Positions 36,712 through 46,057 of a stretch of 64,000 nt of DNA are shown here, piece by piece. The notes beneath the pieces are model-generated. The model was given only the letters and a program-made list of their open reading frames with translations. It had not been told where the DNA came from and made no database searches. The position numbers were made by a program, and so were the translations under genes. How positions within the stretch are numbered: position 1 is the first letter of the stretch; each line of letters starts with the position of its first letter. The stretch comes from Akkermansia muciniphila (GTDB lineage: Bacteria > Verrucomicrobiota > Verrucomicrobiia > Limisphaerales > BJHT01): assembly GCA_945861535.1 (NCBI GenBank), contig CAMAUZ010000029.1:7935-71934 (forward strand), read 5' to 3'.

Positions 36712-37944
36712 ATGATTTCGGAGGTGCCAAACCCAGTGTCCAAGGTGGTTTTGTTTTCGGAAATGTTTTACCCGGACACAACTTCGACCGCGTACTATTT
36801 GACTGAGATAGCCCGGGGATTGTCCGTTGAGTTCCCGGTCACGGTGGTGACGGCCAAATCCGATCATGCGGGGGAGTCCTTGGCTGGGATTCGGATTTAT
36901 CGTTGCGCGACCGCTGGAGCGGGGCACGGGAGCCTGTTGGCTCGGGGTTTGGCCTCAGTTGGATTTTGCCTGTCGGCGTTATGGCGTGGCATCCGAGTTG
37001 TGCGGCGTGGAGATGTCGTATTTACCGTCACCAACCCGCCGCTGCTGCCCTATTTCGCCTTGCTGCTGGCGTATTTCAAGTCGGCGCGATTTGTATTGTT
37101 GGTCCATGATGTCTATCCCGAGGTGCTCGCCACCGCTGGGATTCTGCGGAGCGATTCCCTGCCCTATAAATGTCTGGCTGCTTGCTCGCGCTACTTGCTC
37201 CGACGTTCTCGACCTGTCATTGCCTTGGGCCGTGACATGCAGGCCGTGTTTACCAGAAAAGGTTGTTCTCCTGCTCAAATTCACCTAATCCCCAACTGGG
37301 CCGAGAACGAACTGATCCCAGTATTGCCAAAACGGGATAACCAATGGCTGGCCAAACTGGGTCTCAGAGACGCCTTCATTATCCTTTACGCCGGCAACTC
37401 TGGGCGGACACATGACATTGAGGTGATCCTTGGCGCGGCGCGTCATTTGCGGGCGGAGAAATCCCTGCACTTCCTCATCGCTGGTTTTGGCCGGCGGTTG
37501 GAAGATCTCCAGAACTCGATCCGCCGGGATTCGCTCGCCAATATTTCGGTCGAACCGTTTGCCTTCCCGCGGGCCGAGCAGGTGCAAACCTTGTCCGCAG
37601 GCGACGTTGCTCTCATTACATTTGTGCCCGGCATGGCGGGAGTTTCGGTGCCGAGCCGCATGTACAACGTGATGGCCGCTGGTCGCCCGATCATTGCGGT
37701 GGCCGATGCGGAATCTGAACTCGCGCGCGTGGTGACAGAGGAAGCAATTGGGTGGGTGGTGCCTCCCGGCGACGCACGGGGATTGGCGGCGGCAGTGCTC
37801 GCCGCCCGTGACCATCCGGTAGAGACCCGGCAAATGGGCGAGCGCGCCGCCCGCGCGGCGCGGGAGAAGTATTCTCTGGAATTGGCGCTTGCGGGCTATC
37901 GGACCGCCGTGCGCAAGGTTGCAGCGCCTGTTTCCAAGCCGTAA
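36712..37944 (+). CDS. Glycosyltransferase family 4 (WcaI-like)
   Basis: 'KVVLFSEMFYPDTTSTAYYL' and a C-terminal GT-B region, 'VPSRMYNVMAAGRPIIAV'. Confidence 0.8.
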   Translation: MISEVPNPVSKVVLFSEMFYPDTTSTAYYLTEIARGLSVEFPVTVVTAKSDHAGESLAGIRIYRCATAGAGHGSLLARGLASVGFCLSALWRGIRVVRRGDVVFTVTNPPLLPYFALLLAYFKSARFVLLVHDVYPEVLATAGILRSDSLPYKCLAACSRYLLRRSRPVIALGRDMQAVFTRKGCSPAQIHLIPNWAENELIPVLPKRDNQWLAKLGLRDAFIILYAGNSGRTHDIEVILGAARHLRAEKSLHFLIAGFGRRLEDLQNSIRRDSLANISVEPFAFPRAEQVQTLSAGDVALITFVPGMAGVSVPSRMYNVMAAGRPIIAVADAESELARVVTEEAIGWVVPPGDARGLAAAVLAARDHPVETRQMGERAARAAREKYSLELALAGYRTAVRKVAAPVSKP

Positions 37945-37995
37945 CAACTTAGTCGTAGCGCGGACGGGCAGCCGACCAGCGGCAACCCGCCTGCG

Positions 37996-39264
37996 TCATC
38001 CAACCGTCTCCGGGGGCGTCAGCAGCGGGCGCCGCGCCACTAGGATGAACTCCGACGACAGTTTCGGCCTCGCCCGGAGCCAATCCGCGCCATGTATCAT
38101 GCGGACGGCGCGGTAATAGAGCGCCGAGTCCCATTTGTAGCTCGGCGTGGCCTCCAACACCTGGTGGAAGCGAAACCCCTCTAGGATGTCAACAGCGAAG
38201 CCCGCCGCGCGGAATTGCTCCTCCCAACGGGGGAGGCGCCACTCTCGCATCTCGTGCCTTGCGTTGCGATAGTGCTGCCCGTGTGTCCGCGGCGTGAGCG
38301 AGAACCGCAGTCGGTTAATCCGCCCGCGAAAATGCAACTCCATGCAGCGCAGCAATTCTTCGACGGAGACGCCGTGCTCGCGCGCAATCTCGTCGAGCAC
38401 GATACGATTGTAGCTGGGGAAATACAGGTAGTGGTAGAGACGCGCGTAGTGGGCGCGAACATTTACCCGCGAGCGCAACGCGGCAGCGGCAGCGGCAGCC
38501 GGCCGTTCCAGACCCGCCACCGCCCCTAGGCGCCGGTCCACGCGCTGGAGCCGCTCGGCGACTTTCCCCCGCGTCGCCACTGAAATCCCGGCCGCGGCCA
38601 GCGCCGCCGTAGCCAGCCGGGACGCCCAGCCCAGCTCGCGAGCGACGGCGACGGCCAAGATGAACGGCAGCTTCAAGACGAAGCCTCCAACGAACCGGAA
38701 CGCGCACAACATCGGCGTTCCCGTGATGCAAATGCAGATGCCGCCGGGCTTCAACACCCGCAGCACCTCCTGGTTGTAGGCCACGACATCGGGCACGTGC
38801 TCGATGACGGAATTGTGGAACACGATGTCGAACGTGCGGTCGGGGTAGGGGAGCCGACGTCCGTCGTTGTGGGCGAATTGCACCTCGCCTTTTGCCAGTC
38901 CGCGCAACACCGTCTCGCGCCCCGACCCTACGTCGTGATTTGCGCCGACGAAGCTGCCGGGAACCTGCAGCTCCGTGGCTGACACCCGTCCGAACTGGCT
39001 GAGCAATGCACTGTGGACCCCGTAACCGCAGCCGATCTCCAAAATCGTTTCGTGCGGATGCCGCGCCACAATCGGATATACGAAATCGAAAATGGCCAGC
39101 TTCTGTAGCAGATGGTGCCGCGAGACCAGCCCGGGGTGTTCATCGGCGAACGCCACAAACCGAGCCAACTCGTCATCCGACATGTGGAGCAGCCGGTTAC
39201 GGATCGGCAGTCTGGGTTTTTCCGCCCCGCCTTGGGGGGCTGATTGCTTTTGTGTCGAACTCAT
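37996..39264 (-). CDS. Class I SAM-dependent methyltransferase with a large internal insertion
   Basis: Motif I 'ILEIGCGYG', 'FDIVFHNSVIEHV', 'LKPGGICICITG'. About 150 aa of hydrophobic/Ala-rich insert precede the terminal strands '...SEFILVARR'. It is the only minus-strand gene in the cluster. Confidence 0.7.
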   Translation of the reverse strand: MSSTQKQSAPQGGAEKPRLPIRNRLLHMSDDELARFVAFADEHPGLVSRHHLLQKLAIFDFVYPIVARHPHETILEIGCGYGVHSALLSQFGRVSATELQVPGSFVGANHDVGSGRETVLRGLAKGEVQFAHNDGRRLPYPDRTFDIVFHNSVIEHVPDVVAYNQEVLRVLKPGGICICITGTPMLCAFRFVGGFVLKLPFILAVAVARELGWASRLATAALAAAGISVATRGKVAERLQRVDRRLGAVAGLERPAAAAAAALRSRVNVRAHYARLYHYLYFPSYNRIVLDEIAREHGVSVEELLRCMELHFRGRINRLRFSLTPRTHGQHYRNARHEMREWRLPRWEEQFRAAGFAVDILEGFRFHQVLEATPSYKWDSALYYRAVRMIHGADWLRARPKLSSEFILVARRPLLTPPETVG

Positions 39265-39450
39265 TCGCGGCGACTCTATTTCCCGGGGGAGCCGGGAAAC
39301 AAGTGTACAGTTTTGTAGATCGGCAAATTTTGGCGGTCTGCGGACAGTTCAGCACCCGTCCCGCTCCCCCGAAAAGCGTACCCGGAACCGCGCCCGGGGA
39401 AAACCGCTCCGCCATCCGTAGGCCAGCGGATTAACAACGGAATCTGGCCC

Positions 39451-40410
39451 ATGCAACATGTCATCGTCACGGGGGCTTCGGGCTGGTTGGGGAGCCGAAT
39501 TTGCGCCGCCCTGGAGCACGACGGAAGGACGGTCCGACGGGTAGTTCGCCAGCGCGGCACCGGTGGTGAATTCGGCTGGGATTTCGGCCGCAGCGACGCG
39601 TTGGGTCCGTTGGTCGCGTTCCTTCGCGGCAGTGACACGATCATTCATTGTGCCGCCCGGGTGCATGTCGGCAGTGACGGGGACGATGCGGCGAAAGCAC
39701 ATAACGCCGTCAACGCCGTGGGCACCCGCCAGTTGGTGCAGGCGGCGCGGGAAGCAAGCGTTCAGCGGTTCGTCTTTCTCAGCACCATTGCCGTGTATCA
39801 TTGCGAGGGGCTATCCCGGCCGGCCACCGAGGATCTCGTCGGATCTGGCGAGTCCGCCTATGCAAAATCCAAGCGGACGGCAGAGCAATTTGTCGCCGAG
39901 TCCGGTTTGGATTGGCGCATCGCCCGCCTTGCCACCGTGTTCGGCGAGGGGGACATCGCCAATTTTCTGCGACTGGCACGGGCGATCCGGCGCCGCCGTT
40001 TTTTTGTGCCGGGCGAAGGGTGTTCCCGGAAAAGCGTCGTACCGATCGACCGGGCGGTGGAAATCATTCAGCGGCTGGCGGCGATCCATGCCCCGCGCCA
40101 CCGCCTGCTCAATGTCGGCAGCCCCATTCGTCCGACGCTACGGGAAATCTCGGACGCGTTTTCGGACCTCTGCGGCTTCGCCCGCGTTCCGTCGCTGGGA
40201 CTGGCAGCCAGCCGGTGGCTGGCGCGGATGGGAGATGGCTTGCGCTTGGCCGGCCTCGCCGCGCCCTACGACAGCGCGACGCTGAAGAAGCTCACCACCG
40301 GCACGATTGTTGACGTGCAGCGCCAGCAGGAGCTTTTCCCGGACTTGCAGTGGGGAAGTTTCCACGACGATTTGCGCCGCCATCGCGACTATTATCTGGC
40401 CGCCACCTGA
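39451..40410 (+). CDS. NAD-dependent epimerase/dehydratase family protein
   Basis: 'VIVTGASGWLGSRI' and 'YAKSK'. Confidence 0.8.
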   Translation: MQHVIVTGASGWLGSRICAALEHDGRTVRRVVRQRGTGGEFGWDFGRSDALGPLVAFLRGSDTIIHCAARVHVGSDGDDAAKAHNAVNAVGTRQLVQAAREASVQRFVFLSTIAVYHCEGLSRPATEDLVGSGESAYAKSKRTAEQFVAESGLDWRIARLATVFGEGDIANFLRLARAIRRRRFFVPGEGCSRKSVVPIDRAVEIIQRLAAIHAPRHRLLNVGSPIRPTLREISDAFSDLCGFARVPSLGLAASRWLARMGDGLRLAGLAAPYDSATLKKLTTGTIVDVQRQQELFPDLQWGSFHDDLRRHRDYYLAAT

Positions 40411-40475
40411 ATCGAGGTGGCCAAGCCGGAACTGCGGCGGCGGTTCCTCCGTCCAACCTCAGCACCTCTGCCGTC

Positions 40476-40504
40476 AAGCCGCGTTTACGCGGCTTTTTTG
40501 TTTT
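40476..40504 (+). terminator. Rho-independent terminator closing the polysaccharide cluster
   Basis: 'AAGCCGCGTTTACGCGGCTT' (8-bp GC-rich stem) followed by TTTTGTTTT. Confidence 0.75.
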
Positions 40505-40603
40505 GGGGCGGAAGCGGGAGGCGCACCGGCGATTCGTTGGCGAACGCGCGCCACCGCGCGCTTATCGCCTTGCACCGGCAGTGGCGGTGGCTAGGGTGCG
40601 ACC

Positions 40604-41578
40604 ATGCCGAAACAAACGTGGTATATCGCCGCCATTCTCTCGTTGCTTGCCGTGCTGGCGTTCGTGGGTCTCACGTCCTGGCAGCGCTCTTCCGAACTGG
40701 AAAAAATCCGCGCTGAGATGGCCCGGACGCGCACGCTCGCCGAGCAGGCGGCGCAGCAGTTCCAGAGCGCCAATCAGAAGCTCGCCGAGAAGGAGTCGCT
40801 GGTGGCGCAACTCGAACAGGAGCGGCAGGTGGCCGTCGCCGCGCAGAAGGGGCTCGAAGATCAGATGCGCGCGTCGCTCCAGTCCAAGGACATCACCATT
40901 TCTCAGCTTCAGGGCAAGCTGACGGTGAACATCCTCGACCGCATCTTGTTCGACTCGGGAGAGGTGCTGTTGAAGCCCGAAGGGGAGCAGATTCTGCTGA
41001 AGATCGCCGGCGTGCTCTCGCAGTTTCCCAACCGCCAGATTCACGTCGTGGGCCACACGGACGACGTGCCGCTGAGCGCCAATCTGCGACAGCGCTTTCC
41101 CAGCAACTGGGAATTGTCCACCGCCCGCGCCACCGCAGCGGTGCGGTTTCTTGAGGAGAAGGCCAGTGTCGATCCGCGTCGCATTGGTGCGGTTGGTTAC
41201 GGGGAATTCCATCCCATCGCGCCCAACACCACGGCGGAGGGGCGCGCGCTAAACCGCCGCATTGCCCTCGTCGTGCTGCCCGAGGAACTCGCTGGCGCGG
41301 ACATCCCGCCGCCCGCCGGCAGCGCAAAACCCAAGCCTGTGCTAGAATCGCCCGCGCCGCCGGTTCCGCCGGCACCAACACCTGCGCCCACAACCGGGCC
41401 CACACCCACACCCGCGCCCGCGCCGCCTGCGCCGCCCGCGCCTCCAGCCCCGGCTCCAAATCCCTCCAATCCCACGCCCCCGCCCGCCCCAAGCGCGGAC
41501 ACCGGTCCTTTCAAACCCGTGCCGGCTGTTCCTCCCGCTCCCGTTCCGTCGCTGGAAGGTCCGAAGAAAAACCCTTAA
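40604..41578 (+). CDS. OmpA/MotB-domain protein with N-terminal TM helix, coiled coil and Pro-rich tail
   Basis: 'HVVGHTDDVPL', 'NWELSTARATAAVRFL', 'NRRIALVV'. The C-terminus is a run of PAP/PTP repeats. Confidence 0.85.
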   Translation: MPKQTWYIAAILSLLAVLAFVGLTSWQRSSELEKIRAEMARTRTLAEQAAQQFQSANQKLAEKESLVAQLEQERQVAVAAQKGLEDQMRASLQSKDITISQLQGKLTVNILDRILFDSGEVLLKPEGEQILLKIAGVLSQFPNRQIHVVGHTDDVPLSANLRQRFPSNWELSTARATAAVRFLEEKASVDPRRIGAVGYGEFHPIAPNTTAEGRALNRRIALVVLPEELAGADIPPPAGSAKPKPVLESPAPPVPPAPTPAPTTGPTPTPAPAPPAPPAPPAPAPNPSNPTPPPAPSADTGPFKPVPAVPPAPVPSLEGPKKNP

Positions 41579-41995
41579 TCTGCGGGCCTCGCTGCGGACG
41601 CACGCACGGAGTTTGCTCGGTGTGCGCGCGGTATCTCCAGCCTTCCGTCCGACCTCCCCGGTCGGACTTTTCATTTCCCGACCGCTTTCCCCAAGCGGCA
41701 CCTCCGGACGCACGACCAATCCTCCGCCGCGCGACCTGATCTTGTTCCCTTCTCCCCTCCCTCACGGCGTTTTCCGCGCCCAGGCGCGAGCCAGTCTGCC
41801 TCAACTCGCGCCTGGCAATCACCCTTACCCAAGACCAAGCTTCCCTGCGGCGTTTACGGACCGGTGATCGCTTGGCCCCAACCATTATCACGCCCACTCG
41901 CAAAAATAATTCCTCTGTTTTCTGCTCCCACCACGCCCGCGGCTTCCCTAGTCTCGACCTGTCCCTGCAACTCAACCCTGAACGGAAAACCCACC

Positions 41996-42865
41996 ATGAA
42001 AACCCACATCCCAATCCGCCTCACACTTCTCGCCAGTGTCGCCACGCTCGTGCTTGTCGGCTGCCACACGTTCCACAACGCGAAGTCCAGCCACCAATCC
42101 AGCAGCGTCGTCAACTATCTCTATCCCAATCAGGCCAATCCCGTCGTCCAGCCCGCGATTCCCGTGCTGTCACTGCCGTTGAAAGTGGGCGTCGCCTTCG
42201 TGCCGGGCGACTCCGGGCGCGCCTCGTCGCATGCTGGCAGCGGCCCGCTCTCGGAGACCCAGAAATTCGCGCTCATCAACGAAGTCAGTGAAAGCTTCAA
42301 GAAATTCCCCTTCGTCAAGTCGATTGAAGTCATCCCTTCTTCCTATCTCACGCCCCGCGGCAGCTTCGCCAACCTAGACCAGATTCGTTCCATGTATGGC
42401 GTCGATGTCGTCGCGCTCCTCTCCTACGACCAGGTCCAATTCACCGATACCGGACTACTCTCGTTAACTTACTGGACGCTGGTCGGCGCCTATGTGGTGA
42501 AGGGTGAGAAAAATGACACCCAGACCATGCTCGACGCCGCCGTGTATGACATCCGGAGCCGCAAGCTGCTCTTCCGCGCCCCTGGCATCAGTCGGGTGCA
42601 GAATTCCGCGACCCCGGTCAATCTTACCGAAAAACTCCGCCTCGACCGCGACGAAGGCTTTCGGCTCGCCGCGACCGAACTGGTCACCAACCTCCACCGC
42701 GAACTCGAACTCTTCCGCGAACGCGTGAAGAAATCCCCGGACGAAGTCAAAATCGTCCACCAGCCTGGCTACACCGGCGCGGGGAGTCTCGGCGCTTGGG
42801 AGGTCGCCCTCGTCGCCGCGCTTGCCGCCCTGCAACTCCGGCGCCGACCAACCCCGCGCGCCTGA
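41996..42865 (+). CDS. Rhombosortase-associated lipoprotein with GlyGly-CTERM-like tail ('rhombotail' lipoprotein)
   Basis: Lipobox 'LVLVGC'. C-terminus 'GAGSLGAWEVALVAALAALQLRRR' = Gly-rich motif, TM helix and basic cluster. Directly upstream of the rhombosortase gene. Confidence 0.7.
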   Translation: MKTHIPIRLTLLASVATLVLVGCHTFHNAKSSHQSSSVVNYLYPNQANPVVQPAIPVLSLPLKVGVAFVPGDSGRASSHAGSGPLSETQKFALINEVSESFKKFPFVKSIEVIPSSYLTPRGSFANLDQIRSMYGVDVVALLSYDQVQFTDTGLLSLTYWTLVGAYVVKGEKNDTQTMLDAAVYDIRSRKLLFRAPGISRVQNSATPVNLTEKLRLDRDEGFRLAATELVTNLHRELELFRERVKKSPDEVKIVHQPGYTGAGSLGAWEVALVAALAALQLRRRPTPRA

Positions 42866-42944
42866 TCCATGCGCGCACGAGTCATCCAATCCGGCTCCGC
42901 AGCCGCCGAGGTTGATAGGCAGCTTCCTATCCCGCGTCGGGGCG

Positions 42945-42969
42945 TACGCCTCGTCACCTCGGCAGCTAC
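42945..42969 (-). repeat. GTAG-hairpin mini-REP, diverged copy
   Basis: The reverse complement reads 'GTAGCTGCCGAGGTGACGAGGCGTA'. It lies between the lipoprotein stop and the likely rhombosortase start. Confidence 0.5.
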
Positions 42970-42997
42970 TGACTGTGGACGTTCCCTGCGCGACAGC

Positions 42998-43624
42998 GTG
43001 ACTCGGAAGCTACTCTCGCCGACAGCCCTCGCGCTCGCGGCCGCCTTGCTGGTATTCGCCCTGCCGCACTGCCAGTCGCTGCTTATCTACGACCGGGAAG
43101 CCATTCTGGCGGGCGAACTCTGGCGGCTCTTCACCGGTCACTGGGTCCATTTCTCGGCCATGCACCTCGGCTGCAATCTCGCGGTGCTCGCCGTGGCTGG
43201 ACTGATCTTGGAATCCGGGACCGCCATCCGCACCGCGCAGTTGCTCCTTCTCGCGCCGTGGTTCATCAGCACCGGCCTTCTTGTCTGTGAGCCGCAACTG
43301 CGCCGCTACGGCGGTCTCTCCGGCCTCGCCACGGCCGCTGTCATTGCGCTCGCCATTGACGCGTTCGCCAGACGTCGGCAAGCCCCGCTCGCCGGTTGGA
43401 CGGCGGCCCTGCTGCTACTGCTCTTTGGATTAAAAACTGGTCTTGAGTGGCACACCCAGCGCGCGCTACTCGCCCTCGAGGCCGATGCCGGCTACACCGT
43501 TGTCCCCCTCAGTCATCTACTTGGTGGACTGGCGGCGCTCCTCCTTCACCGGCTGCCCGGTTCCGGGTGCGCTGGCGACACACCCGCGAACGGCTCCCGC
43601 AGATTCAAGGCGACCACAGATTGA
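42998..43624 (+). CDS. Rhombosortase (rhomboid-family intramembrane serine protease, RrtA-like)
   Basis: 'GELWRLFTGHWVHFSAMHLGCNL', the 'GGLSGL' catalytic Ser motif, and 'SHLLGGL'. GTG at 42998 is preferred because the ATG at 42869 would translate a repeat. Confidence 0.8.
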   Translation: MTRKLLSPTALALAAALLVFALPHCQSLLIYDREAILAGELWRLFTGHWVHFSAMHLGCNLAVLAVAGLILESGTAIRTAQLLLLAPWFISTGLLVCEPQLRRYGGLSGLATAAVIALAIDAFARRRQAPLAGWTAALLLLLFGLKTGLEWHTQRALLALEADAGYTVVPLSHLLGGLAALLLHRLPGSGCAGDTPANGSRRFKATTD

Positions 43625-43652
43625 ATTCGACATCTGTGGTCGCTTTGAATCT
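43601..43652. other. 21-bp-stem hairpin spanning the rhombosortase stop codon
   Basis: 'AGATTCAAGGCGACCACAGAT' (10-nt loop) 'ATCTGTGGTCGCTTTGAATCT', with one G-U position and no trailing T-run. Confidence 0.7.
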
Positions 43653-43971
43653 CTGGGAACTCTCTGACAGTTGGTCGGAGGAATTTAAGTCTAACCCCGG
43701 ATAGACATGAATTAACCCGGATAGGTTTAGGGATTTTTAATTCCCTACTTTCGTCTGGTAGGTACACCCAGGGAGGTCGAGTCACATCCGTGTTCATCAG
43801 TGTTTCTCCGAGGGATCTCAAGGCCAGCTTCCTTTTCGAACTTCGCCGCCCGGAAGCGCGTGCGGATCTGGTTGGGTTTGAAACCTATCCGCAGATTCTT
43901 CCTGATTGGAGACGCCGTAGGGAGGCGCAAACCATCCTTAGTCCAACCACGCTGCTCTCGCGGAAAAAGTT

Positions 43972-43996
43972 AGAGACTCCTTACGTCGTCTCCTAC
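43972..43996 (-). repeat. GTAG-hairpin mini-REP with alternative stem (GAGAC/GTCTC); possible recN terminator
   Basis: The reverse complement reads 'GTAGGAGACGACGTAAGGAGTCTCT', followed by AACTTTTTCC on the recN strand. Loop GACGTAAGGA is conserved and the stem is replaced by compensatory bases. Confidence 0.6.
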
Positions 43997-44018
43997 AAGG
44001 AGTTGGCGCTTCGCGGGG

Positions 44019-45716
44019 CTATTTGGAGACCACCGGCTGCAGGAGCGCCTCGGCGTGTTGGCGGGCGGCGTCGCTGTGGCCGCCCAACATGCGGGCGAGT
44101 TCGGTGATGCGCGCCGGTTTCTCGAGGCGCTGGATTTGCGAAACAGTGCGGCCGTCCTTGATTTGTTTGAGGACGACGAAATGGGTCGCGGCGGCGGCGG
44201 CGACGGGCGCGAGGTGGGTGATGCAGAGCACCTGATGTTGCCGGGCGATCTGGCGCATTTTGTCGCCGACGGCGTTGGCGGTTTCGCCGCCGACGTTGGC
44301 ATCGACCTCATCGAAGATCAGCACGGGCACCTCGTCTTCGCTGGCGAGGACGGTCTTGAGGGCGAGCATCACCCGCGCCATTTCGCCGGAGGAGGCGATG
44401 GCGCGGAGCGGGCGTGCGGGTTCGCCGGGGTTGGGTGCGAATTGAAACTCGATGACGTCCAAACCCGTGCTGGCCGGGCGAAAATCGGGGTGGGCGAATT
44501 CCTCGGCGCTGACGCCTTTGAGCGCGATGTCAAGCTGGCTTTGCTGAAAGCCGAGGTCTTCAAGTTGGCGCGTGGCGGCTTTGGCGAGTTTCGGGATGAC
44601 TTTGCGGCGGCGCGCGGAGAGGTCGGAGCCGGCGCGCCAGAGTTCAGCTTTCACCTGGTCGAGCGCGGCGTGGAGGCGCGCGAGTTCGGCCTCGCGCTGT
44701 TCGAGGCTGGCGAGTTTGCGGCGGGACTCGTCGCCGAACGCGATGACGTCGGCGAGCGAGCCGCCGTATTTGCGTTTGAGCGAGTGGAGGAGGTTCAGGC
44801 GCTCTTCCATTTCCTGAAGCCGGGCAGGATCGACTTCGACGCGGTCGGCGTAGCGGGTGAGGACGGTCTGCAAATCGTGCAGCGTGCTGGCGGCGCTTTC
44901 GTGCGTTTGCGCGAGCGGCGCGGCGGCGGAATCGATGCGCTGGATTTCCTGAAGCAACCGGCCGACGGCGCCGAGCTGGGTGAGGAGGGAATTGTCGTCT
45001 TCGCCGAGCAGATTGAGCGCGCTCTGCGCAAGCTGGAGGAGGCGCGCGCTGTTGCTGGCGCGGTGAAATTCCTGTTCGAGCGCGGCTTCTTCGTCGGGGT
45101 GAAGTTTGGCAGCGGTGATCTCGGTGGCCTGGTGGCGGAGGAGTTCGAGTTGTTGCGCGTAGGTGCGGTCGTCGATGATGAGCGCGGCCTTTTCGGTTTC
45201 GAGTTCGACGCGGCGACGGACGAGCTGGGCGAAGAGTTCGCGTTGGGCGACGAGGCCGCCGAAGGCATCGAGAATGGCGAGCTGTCGCGTGGGTTGGAGG
45301 AGTGACTGGTGGTCGTGCGGGCCGTGCATGTCCACGAGCCATTGGCCGATGGAGCCGAGGAGCGCAAGCGTGGTGGGCGAGCCGTTGACGAACTGGCGGT
45401 TGGCCCCGGCGGCGGTGAAGGTGCGCTTGAGGACGAGCTGCGCGCCTTCGCAGGGTTCGACGCCGTTTTCTTCGAGGAGGGTGGCGAGTTCAGGGCGGAT
45501 GGCGGGGAGATCGAACACGGCCTCGACGGAGCAACTGTCCGCGCCGCTGCGGATGAGCTGGCGGTCGGCGCGTTCGCCGAGGACGAGGTTGAGCGCGCCG
45601 ATGATGATGGATTTGCCCGCGCCGGTTTCGCCAGTGATGGCGTTGTAGCCGGGCAGCAGCTCGAGGGTCAGGTCGGAGACCAGGGCGAGGTTTTTGATTC
45701 GCAGCGTTGTGAGCAT
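44019..45716 (-). CDS. recN: DNA repair protein RecN
   Basis: '[13 protein letters not shown]', Walker A 'GETGAGKS', long coiled coils, and the C-terminal '[12 protein letters not shown]'. Confidence 0.9.
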   Translation of the reverse strand: MLTTLRIKNLALVSDLTLELLPGYNAITGETGAGKSIIIGALNLVLGERADRQLIRSGADSCSVEAVFDLPAIRPELATLLEENGVEPCEGAQLVLKRTFTAAGANRQFVNGSPTTLALLGSIGQWLVDMHGPHDHQSLLQPTRQLAILDAFGGLVAQRELFAQLVRRRVELETEKAALIIDDRTYAQQLELLRHQATEITAAKLHPDEEAALEQEFHRASNSARLLQLAQSALNLLGEDDNSLLTQLGAVGRLLQEIQRIDSAAAPLAQTHESAASTLHDLQTVLTRYADRVEVDPARLQEMEERLNLLHSLKRKYGGSLADVIAFGDESRRKLASLEQREAELARLHAALDQVKAELWRAGSDLSARRRKVIPKLAKAATRQLEDLGFQQSQLDIALKGVSAEEFAHPDFRPASTGLDVIEFQFAPNPGEPARPLRAIASSGEMARVMLALKTVLASEDEVPVLIFDEVDANVGGETANAVGDKMRQIARQHQVLCITHLAPVAAAAATHFVVLKQIKDGRTVSQIQRLEKPARITELARMLGGHSDAARQHAEALLQPVVSK

Positions 45717-45835
45717 GGCAAAAAGACTGTCGGCGACTGTGTCGCGTTTGTTACGCTGCGGCAAAACGAAAGTGCCCCGGAGCGCGGGCGGCGCGCCGGC
45801 GAGTTCGGCGGCGGCCCGCAGAGGGCGCGGCCCCC

Positions 45836-45991
45836 GTAGCGCAGGTTTCCAAACCTGCTGTATCGCCGATTTCTAAATCGGCAGGGGCCGCGAGGTTCGG
45901 GGCGCGTGCGGCGAGCCGGGGTCTTGCGGGTGGCTGGACGGGCCGCAGGTTTGGAAACCCGCGATACAGCAGACTTGGAAGTCTGCGCTAC
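45836..45991. repeat. Family-6 composite palindrome (GTAGCGCAG...CTGCGCTAC) with four sub-hairpins
   Basis: Sub-hairpins GCAGGTTTCCAAACCTGC, GCCGATTTCTAAATCGGC, GCAGGTTTGGAAACCCGC and GCAGACTTGGAAGTCTGC. Confidence 0.85.
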
Positions 45992-46057
45992 ACCGCGGCC
46001 GCCGCGCTCCGGGCCGGCGGGCGGCGGGCGGCGGGGAATTCGGGCAGTGTTACAGCG

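Noticed and set aside
41330-41520. GC-rich repetitive DNA at the 3' end of the OmpA-domain gene.
   Set aside because: It is in-frame Pro/Ala-rich low-complexity coding sequence (PAPxP repeats), not a separate repeat element.
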